Of a stretch of DNA of 64,000 bases, positions 55,894 to 64,000 are shown one piece after another. Under the pieces are notes generated by a model. It saw nothing but the letters and a program-made list of their open reading frames with translations, ran no database searches and was not told the DNA's origin. The translations under genes and the position numbers were made by a program. Positions within the stretch are counted from its first letter, which is position 1. Every line of letters starts with the position of its first letter. Source of the DNA: Eledone cirrhosa (Eukaryota); assembly GCA_964016885.1 (NCBI GenBank), contig OZ024758.1:7502001-7566000 (forward strand), written 5' to 3'.

Positions 55894-56095
55894 CCCTTTA
55901 ATTACCAAATTTCTAATGAAAAACACTGCCTATGATTTTCAAATAACTTTGGAAATAATCAACAATTTAAAGAGATTTAGTAATATAATTAACTATCTCA
56001 TTATTAAGCTGGTATTTCAAATATAACTTTACACAAAATAAACAGCTTGTATTGTAGACCCATGGGAAGTCTCATGTGATTTGGTATCAACAAGG
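55894..56095 (+). mobile_element. Second TTAA-flanked MITE family
   Basis: ttaaccctttaattaccaaatttctaatgaaaaacactgcc...ggttaa. Related copies at 60398-60640(+), 56720-56860(-) and about 42640-42890(+). Confidence 0.6.
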
Positions 56096-56454
56096 TTAAT
56101 GCCCAAGTCATAACTCTGCAGGTAAAAACTCTATCTTCAAACATCTCTATAGTACTCTGCTTATATTTCATGGAATTTACAGCTCACACCTCTAAAGGTT
56201 TAGCTGGCCTTGTATGATGTTGCACCTCATAGGAGGCTTCTTATGTGTTCTATATGAAAATGGATTGTGAAATGAAGTGTCTTGCTCAAGATACAATGCA
56301 TTACCTGGTCCAGGAATTGAACCTATGATCTTATAATCATAATAAGTCCAGCATCCTAAACCCTAAACCACGAACCTTCACAAGAACATTCAATGAAATG
56401 TTTACATGTGAATATATGCAATAAAATACAAAGATGGTAAAATATTTTTATAAT

Positions 56455-56634
56455 AGTTTCTCATTTAGGCACAAATCAACCCCAGTGCATTACTGGCATT
56501 TTATTTTATCAATCCTGTAAGGACGAAAGGCGAAACTATCCTCAGTGGGATTTGAACTCAGAACGTATAGGAACATAACTATATGCCATAAAGCATGTTG
56601 TCGGACACTCTACCGATACTGCCAACCCACCACC
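56455..56634 (-). mobile_element. Same SINE family (HS2ST intron)
   Basis: Reverse-complement head, B box and core. Confidence 0.75.
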
Positions 56635-57759
56635 CGGATGGTAACAATAACAAGAAGAAAAAGAAGAAATTACTATATAGTCATATTTGGAAAATGGTAT
56701 TGAGGAATGTAAGAACCTTTTTTAAGTTAAACTCAAAATACCAGCTTAATAATGGAGAAAGTCATTTTACTAAATCACTCCATTTTCTTGATTACTTTCA
56801 AAATAATTTGAAAATGACAGGCAGTGACTTTCATTAGAAATAGAACAACAAAAGGGTTAAGCAGGGTTTCCTAAACTGGGTAATATCACCCACCAGTGGG
56901 TAATTTCAACTGTTGAGCAACTAAACAGATAATGGTGGGTGACTGGGAATTTTGGTGGATGATGTAGGATTTTGAGTATTTAAGAAGGTATTTCAACATA
57001 TACTACCCCGCAAAAAAAAAAAAAAAAAAAAAGAATCTAGAAATCTGAAAGTGGGTGGTGGTGTTGGGAGCCTCTGCACAATGAAAACCAGAGATATTAA
57101 TGACTGTGATATTGTTTAATCAGATGCTACTACTTGTTAAAATAAAATTCAATCTATTGCCAGCTTTGTTAGCAGCTATGCTGAATGGCTGACACATGGA
57201 GAATTTTAAATTGTTAGGAAATTTTAGAGTGTTATTGTTATCGCATCAGTTTAAGTGAATGCTGATTTCATAAAGAGATAATGATGTTAGACTAATGGAG
57301 AGAAAAAGTTATAGAATTCTTCATGAAAACTTTCAGAGACACCTGTTCTCTATATGCAAAATAGTGTCTAGAATATTCTACTTGATGAACATTTTATATC
57401 GCAGTCAACTTATGGAAAAGATATGAGAAAAAAAAAAGGCTATTGTGTGTGTTTAATCCCATGATCCTTTGTGACCTTGCAAGCAGGGAAAAGCTGACGT
57501 AAAATGACGATGATGATCATTATTAAAATTATTCTTAATCTGATGATGGGGCTGTAAAAATCTTGAAATGTTAATAGACTTATGAATTTAAGAATGCTAT
57601 GGTTTCCAAACCAAACATAAAGAACTAATAAAGAAATATGAAATACCTTTAATTAAAATGATAAAAGTTGAGCACAGTCATGTATTTAACATTTATATAT
57701 ATATGTTAGAAAAAGCAAAGGAAAAAAAGAGTGCTCTATATATCGAACAGAGCTAACAT

Positions 57760-57827
57760 CTCTGTCTGATGAACGATCTAGACATATGTTAATATTGTCT
57801 AGGGTCTCGAAACCTTCGGTAATGGAG
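57760..57827 (+). ncRNA. Type I hammerhead ribozyme with long stem II, antisense to the HS2ST intron
   Basis: ctctgt-CTGATGA-ac gatctagaca tatgttaatat tgtctagggtc tc-GAAACC ttc GGTA-atggag: stem I 6 bp (two G-U), stem II about 10 bp, stem III ACC/GGT, GUA site. Insert 57706-57853 is flanked by TA repeats. Confidence 0.7.
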
Positions 57828-57847
57828 TAGTTATATATTGTGTTCAC

Positions 57848-57928
<81 letters not shown>

Positions 57929-57939
57929 ATATATATATC

Positions 57940-58098
57940 AGAATGGAGGCGGTAAAAACCAATTTGACCATTAATGACCAGGGTACTCAATACTTGGGGT
58001 AATAGAGTAGGTAATATAAAACAATTTAGGACCCTGATGGCTGAGATCCAGCTGGATCTGTACGGACCTAGCTGTTGAAACAGGGTCCTGAATATGTT
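57940..58098. mobile_element. Diverged family A cassette
   Basis: gtactcaatacttggggtaatagagtaggtaat...ggaccctgatggctgag aligns with 711-775; TA-flanked; forms a hairpin ggaccctg...cagggtcc. Confidence 0.5.
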
Positions 58099-58099
58099 C

Positions 58100-58560
58100 A
58101 TATATATATAACAGAGTACCATGATCTACCATCTGCTGGTCCTTAACGAAACTAGGGGTAGAGTAGTGCAAGCCATGTACAAAGGGGCTGTCAGTAAAGT
58201 GACAGTAGAAAGGGAGTTTAGTGAAGAACTCAAGGTACTTAATGTGCATGAACGCCACAACATCGATGAACTGAGAGACAAATTAGGTATAAGAGGAATA
58301 AGGTAGGGTGTGCAAGAGAGAAGACTGCACTGGTATGGACATGTGAGGATGATTGCTGGGTGAAGAAGTGTCAGTAAAAAAACCCAGTGGAAAGAAGCTG
58401 CAGTAGAGGAAAGATCAAGGAAGACCTGGATTGAGGTGGTGTGAGCTGATCCCAAATACTTTAATCTCCCAGATGATATGGAGGAATGGGATGAGTGGAG
58501 AGATGTTGTGATGGAAAATACATATCCAACCTATGCAAGCACGGAAAAACAGACATAAAA

Positions 58561-58595
<35 letters not shown>
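58100..58595 (+). mobile_element. RTE-clade LINE 3' fragment with (GAT)n tail
   Basis: HERHNIDELRDKLGIRGIR...RRLHWYGHV...GRSRKTW; same family as 46410-47016. Confidence 0.75.
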
Positions 58596-58940
58596 AAAGG
58601 GTAAAAACCCACTTTGGTCATGAATGACCATAGGATTTGTACCTTGAAAGACCCTGTCTGAAGCACAAGTCTGAGAAAGATTGTTTGTGGAAGACCTGCC
58701 GTCACCCATACTACATGCCAGGTCTCCCCTCTCCACACCACCAGTGTTGTCCAAGGGAAAGGCTATGGCCGATACAGCTTGCCACCAGAGATGTCACAAC
58801 TCCTTTCTACAGCTGAATAAACTGGAGCAACGTGAAATAAAGTGTCTTGCTCAAGGACCCAACATCTCACCCAATCCGAGAATCAAACTCACAACCTCCC
58901 GATTACAAGCCCAATGCTCTAACCACTATACTGCACCTTC
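58596..58940 (-). mobile_element. tRNA-derived CORE-type SINE, near full length
   Basis: tRNA-like head then gtccttgagcaagacactttatttcacgttgctccagtttattcagctgtagaaa, which aligns with the CORE consensus. Lies tail-to-tail with the RTE fragment across a shared (GAT)n tract. Confidence 0.75.
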
Positions 58941-59677
58941 ATACATGATGATGATTATATAAATAAATATTGTAAAAGGTATTGTTTTGAGAATTATAAA
59001 TAAAAAATTAATTCATTAAATACAAAATCCTAAAAGTAATTTATCACCATTAGATTCGTTAGATGATATCTATAAATTATTGGAGAAGCAATATCATGAT
59101 ATAAATTATTGGAAAAATAATTCTATAACTCATATTTTAATATAAGTTTTTATTTATACATATTACTTTTACCTACTTTTAAAAACTCAGAAAAATTAAT
59201 TTTCTGAATTTTTAAAATTAAGACAGATAAAACAATACAACACGACTGTTTTAAAGCCATTTACCCTGCTAAAGCAAGATTAACCTTGTGGGACCCATGG
59301 CAGCCTTCATACTTGCCACGGGGTTCTTTTTGAGATATTGTTTTACAGGCCAGATTCCATTCTTGGTACCGGTCCCTTTAGATGCCTCTTACAAAATACA
59401 GGGAAAGTATACAGCACACATAATTCAGTTAATATTTGTGAGAAAGTTCATGTTTGTCAAATTCAAACAACCATATCTGAAAGCAAGAGTCTGCCTCCTG
59501 CTTGAAAGCAGGAGTCCTTGTCAGGTTTGATATTAAGTGTCTTTGTCAGGTTTGATAACAATAGTCATCACTATGTTTAAAAGCAAGAGTCCATATTGTG
59601 TTTGGAAGCAGCTGTCTCCACCATATTTTCAAAGTCAGGTATTTATGTGTGTGTGTACTTTTGGTATGGTATGGTCC

Positions 59678-60002
59678 CATAACTCCTGGCGGAATTGTAG
59701 GGGCGCCATATTGACATACAGTGTTTCTTGGGCATCTTAAGCCTGGTGGGCCCTTTCCTCTCCCGACCTGAATAGAACAGATTTCTTCCAGAGAAGGATA
59801 GAAAGCGAGAGAGACAGGAAGTGAGAAAGAGATTTAGAGGAAGAATCGACCCCAATACTAGACTGGTACTTTTTTTTATCAACCTTGAAAGGATGAAAGG
59901 CAAAGTTGACCTCGGTGGGATTTGAACTGAGAGAGCTGAGAGCCAGAATGAACACCACAAAGATCTCTATTTGATGTTCTAATGACTGCCAATTTGCTGC
60001 CA
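59678..60002 (-). mobile_element. Long-tailed subfamily of the Meta-like SINE
   Basis: Same head and core, then about 170 bp of a different body ending ggcgcccctacaattccgccaggagttatggga. Confidence 0.7.
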
Positions 60003-60719
60003 TATAAATAAATGTAATTAAACTGTCAACTGTACATTTTTAAAAAGTAAACCATTCAAGCAATTTAATTTTAAAAAAAAAAAGGTTAGCAGTGTTGAAA
60101 TAAGAGAAAATGTGCGTCATTATGTGATAATGACTGTATGGTGGAGGTGGAGTTGTCACTGTATAGTCAGACGAGATGTTACAGGTGACAGGTAAATCAA
60201 TCTAATCAGATTGTAGGAGTTCTGAGTAGTCGTAGTCAGCTCATTTTGAGACTTCTAATAACATAAATGTAATAAATCAAATAAGTGGAAACAACAAAGA
60301 GATGATTTAATACACCAGGTATGTGGTTAGAACAAGGTCCAACATTCTTGCTAAAACTAATATTTATTGTGGTAAAAGCAGTCATAACATTTAGGAATTA
60401 ACCCATTCATTACCATATTTCTAATGAAAAACACAGCCTATAATTTTCAAATCATTTTGAAAATAATTAAGTATTTGGGGAGATTTAATAACCTAACTAA
60501 CTTTTTGATTAAGCTGATGTTGCATTAACAATGGTTCTTCCATCATAAAATTATAATGGAAGGTTCTTAGATAAATATAAACACTTTAAAAGAAACAGTT
60601 CTGTATCATAGGACCGGGGGCAGTTTCTGGCAGTACTTGTACAACAGTTGTAGTAATTATACTTTATATTACAAAGGGAAGGAATTTTTGAAACCATATG
60701 GTAATGGCTTTTACATGTT

Positions 60720-60962
60720 GGCTGTTTGTTTGATCAAAGGTTTGTTTGATCAAAGGTCTGTTTGACCAATGGTTTGATTGACCAATGGTGTGTTTGACCA
60801 ATAGTTTGTTTGACCAAAGGTTTGTTTGACCAATAGTTTGTTTGACCAATAGTTTGTTTGACCAAAGGCTTGTTTGATCAATGGTTTGTTTGACCAAAGG
60901 TTTGTTTGACCAAAGGTTTGTTTGACCAAAGGTTTGTTTGACCAAAGGTTTGTTTTACCAAG
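60720..60962 (+). repeat. 16-bp tandem repeat, about 15 copies
   Basis: Unit tttgtttgaccaaagg. Confidence 0.9.
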
Positions 60963-61585
60963 GCTGATCGGAAGCTAAAGTACAACGATGGTAAAAACTG
61001 ACTTAGATATTGCATGAAAGTCTTGATTAGTTGGTACTACATTGACAGGTGTGTAAATACACCAAAGTGTAGGTAGGTTGTTGTCATAGTCCATTAATTA
61101 TATGAGTATACCCATAAAGTGGGAGTAACTGATTAATTAAATGCAGAGAATCAACCCAAAGACAAGATTCCCAAATATTCTATGCTTCAGTTTAGTGTTA
61201 AGAATCATTGGCTTATGACACACACATATATATATGTGTACACATAGAAAGTATAGTGATTCCCTGCCATTCAACTGCATCATGTCTGACAAGGTACTCT
61301 CCAAGATCTAAGCCTGAGCAAGATGTTTGGAAAACCAGCAGTCACCCATGATAGTCAGTCTCTCCTCTCCATGTCGTCAAAAGAAAAGGCAAAGGACAAT
61401 ACAACTTGGCACCAGTGTCATCACAACTCATTATTTCCAGCTGAGTGTATTGGAACAATGTGAAACAAAGTGTCTTGCTCAAGGATACATTAGACCACCT
61501 AGTTCAGGAATCAAACTCGTGACCTAAGGATCAGAAACTGAACACCTTAACCATTCATCTAGCAGAATATAAAAGCAATACTTAC

Positions 61586-61683
61586 CAACATTCAGCAGCA
61601 TGTCCACAGAAGAAAGGTATCTGCAACCAAAGGTTGTTGGGATCACAGTCCTCACCATTTTCCTCTACACATTCATCAAATGT
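61586..61683 (-). CDS. HS2ST1: Heparan sulfate 2-O-sulfotransferase, internal exon (98 nt); upstream exons not recognised in this window
   Basis: Translates [32 protein letters not shown](W), matching HS2ST TFDECV...[20 protein letters not shown] acceptor and GTAAG donor; the split TGG codon is completed by the next exon. Confidence 0.95.
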
Positions 61684-61829
61684 CTACAAGAAAACAGAAA
61701 TGAACACATTACAGTAAAGATGAGACTAATATTGTATTAACGCTAGTGCTTTCTGTTGGGTGAGATTAAGGGGACAAGTGTAGAGATTGAGAATAAAGGA
61801 GACAAACATAGGCTGACCATGAAGGAATG

Positions 61830-62000
61830 GGAAGTTGATTAAATCAACCCCAGTGCATAACTGGTACTTTATTTTATTGACCCCATAAGAATGAAAAGCA
61901 GAGCTAACCCTGGTGCAATTTAAACTCAGAAAGTAAAGGGACGTAACTCTATGTCTGAAAGCATGTCTGATGCGCTACCGATACTTACCCCCCCCCCCTA
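61830..62000 (-). mobile_element. Same SINE family (HS2ST intron)
   Basis: Reverse-complement core and degenerate head. Confidence 0.7.
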
Positions 62001-62436
62001 TTAAAATAAACAATGAGAAACCATTCTGACACAAAATTTGTCTAAAAAGAAAAAAAAAAAAAAAATATTTTTAACTAAAAATAACCAAAATTTCTTTTGA
62101 CTTAAATTCATTTTTACCAAAATTTCTTTTGACTTAAATTCATACTATACATATATGTGTGTGTGTATGTATATATATATATATATATGTGTGTGGTGTG
62201 TGTGTGTGTGTGTACAATTATAAGCATATGTACAGATATATATCCCAATGGATAGTCATTCTTCAAAGTCTGTTATTGTTGCTAAAACAACATATCTGCT
62301 CGCAAGTATAACAGACTGAGGATTATAATGTTGAGTATTGAATAAATTAACTATGGTTAAGGAACTGTGTGTTGTTACTGAATACAGAAATAAACTAGGT
62401 TGCTATTACTCAGAAGAATAAACCCTGGTCCCTATA

Positions 62437-62620
62437 CAAGGGTCGGCTGAAAAGTTCATTGGTTGACTATGAAGGAGTGAAATCTTGCATGCATTAATTT
62501 CAACTCTTCTTATTAATACCTGCATTGTTTCTTTCCAGGGACTATGTTGAAAAATAAACCTTGTTTGATCATTCCATGAGAGTATCTTGGTCAGCCTATG
62601 GACTTTTCAGCTGACCCTCA
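62437..62620 (+). mobile_element. Same MITE with one internal unit
   Basis: TIRs caagggtcggctgaaaagttcattggttgac / gtcagcctatggacttttcagctgaccctca. Partial copies at 63030-63117 and 17313-17470(-). Confidence 0.8.
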
Positions 62621-62734
62621 TTCTCTTTTAAAACTTTGAGAAAAAAAATGTGTTTACATGGTTTTATTTGAATCAGAAATCAGGTTTGGATGCTGAACAC
62701 AGTCCATAGTTTTTAAGAAAGATATTTGATTCAC

Positions 62735-62880
62735 AGCCCATTTCTACAGCTGAGTAAACTGGAGCAATGTGAAATAAAGTGTCTTGCTCAAGGACACAAC
62801 ACATCACCCGGTCTGAGAATTGAACTCACAACCTTTCGATTGCAAGGCCAATGCTCTAACCACTGAGCCATGGGCCTCCA
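62735..62880 (-). mobile_element. CORE-type SINE, head plus core
   Basis: tggctcagtggttagagca (A box)...gagttcaattc (B box)...tgtgtccttgagcaagacact. Further copies at 6615-6830(+), 25990-26145(-), 34190-34345(-), 56265-56380(-), 61330-61555(-). Confidence 0.8.
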
Positions 62881-63352
62881 CTACATATATAAATGTGCCT
62901 CAGTATATATATAATTTTCTTGATACAACATATAGGATATAATTTAAATAGGCAACAAGTATGAATGATGAACAGGAAGCTGTGTAGCCGAATCTAAAGC
63001 CACTCTTCATGACATGCTTTTGATTTTATATCCAGGGACTATGTTGAAAAATAACCTCATTTCGTCATTCCTTGAAAGTATCTTGGTTAGCCTAAGAATT
63101 TTTTCAGCCAACCCTCGTAAACTAACTATTTCCTCACAGAACAATCTCTGTTATATGGACACTAACGAAGGTTTATGTCTCCCATTTAGGTTTCTATTTA
63201 TTTTCACAAATACATTATTTTATATCAATGGCATCAGCTTGATTCCACCTCACCTTTATCTTATACAAAGAATGGTCACTAAACAATTATTATTAATCTC
63301 AAGAATTTTAACTACACCAATCCTCCAATATACACATACATTCATATATATA

Positions 63353-63400
<48 letters not shown>

Positions 63401-63490
63401 ATACTTTGTATATATATACGTATATATATATGTGTGCAGATGATATAGATATATACGTGGAGATGATGATATACACACACACACATATGT

Positions 63491-63534
<44 letters not shown>

Positions 63535-63547
63535 ACATGTATGTATG

Positions 63548-63590
<43 letters not shown>

Positions 63591-63623
63591 GCGTATGTGT
63601 ATCTATATTTATATGTATACATG

Positions 63624-63668
<45 letters not shown>

Positions 63669-64000
63669 GTGTGTGTGTATCTATATATATATATGTATAT
63701 ACATTTATATATATATATATATATACATATAAATATATATGTAATAAAATAAAATACAAGATAATTGACAAATAAATATAAACAGCCTACAGAAAAAAAT
63801 ATTATTCAAGGAAAAATAACATTTATGGAGAAAAGAATATAAAAAAAGCCCAACAAAAATCCATTATAATTGAGTTATCTGTTTATATAGTAACGTTTGT
63901 AAAAATGTTAAATGGTTTGAGAACTATAAACTAAAACTAAAAAACAACACCCCCCTCCAAAAAATTGAAAAAAAAAAAAAAAAACCTAAAAGGAAATTAT

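Noticed and set aside
58025-58092. SECIS element or hammerhead in the family A hairpin
   Set aside because: UGA and GA are not in register for a SECIS quartet; the core reads CTGATGG here and CCGACGG in other copies.
62810-62880. tRNA gene
   Set aside because: A and B boxes are present but run directly into a CORE-like SINE body, and many diverged copies exist.

Overview
AT-rich, microsatellite-saturated animal DNA. The repeat landscape (CORE-type and Meta-type tRNA SINEs, RTE, R4/Dong-like and Penelope-like remnants, long (TA)n/(CA)n tracts) suggests an octopus or other cephalopod; this is an inference. The only protein-coding gene I can support is the 3' part of a heparan sulfate 2-O-sulfotransferase (HS2ST1-like) on the minus strand. 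Its three exons (61586-61683, 53455-53612, 50643-50863) have canonical splice sites and continuous phase. Nearly all other ORFs in the track are translated microsatellites or decayed transposons. The most interesting hidden layer is a set of short (100-400 bp) cassettes sitting mostly inside (TA)n tracts. They carry minimal type I hammerhead ribozymes (HHRs) of the kind found in Penelope-like elements (PLEs), from at least five sequence families. Two families use the compensatory U3-A8 catalytic core (TTGAAAA / TTGATAA instead of CTGANGA). Many cassettes are head-to-head fold-back palindromes (arms about 40-150 bp) whose inversion point lies in or next to the ribozyme motif. Also present: a Mariner-type MITE with a variable number of 143-bp internal units, minisatellites arising from dispersed repeats, and inverted MITE pairs in HS2ST introns. 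All alignments and folds were done by eye, so repeat boundaries are approximate.
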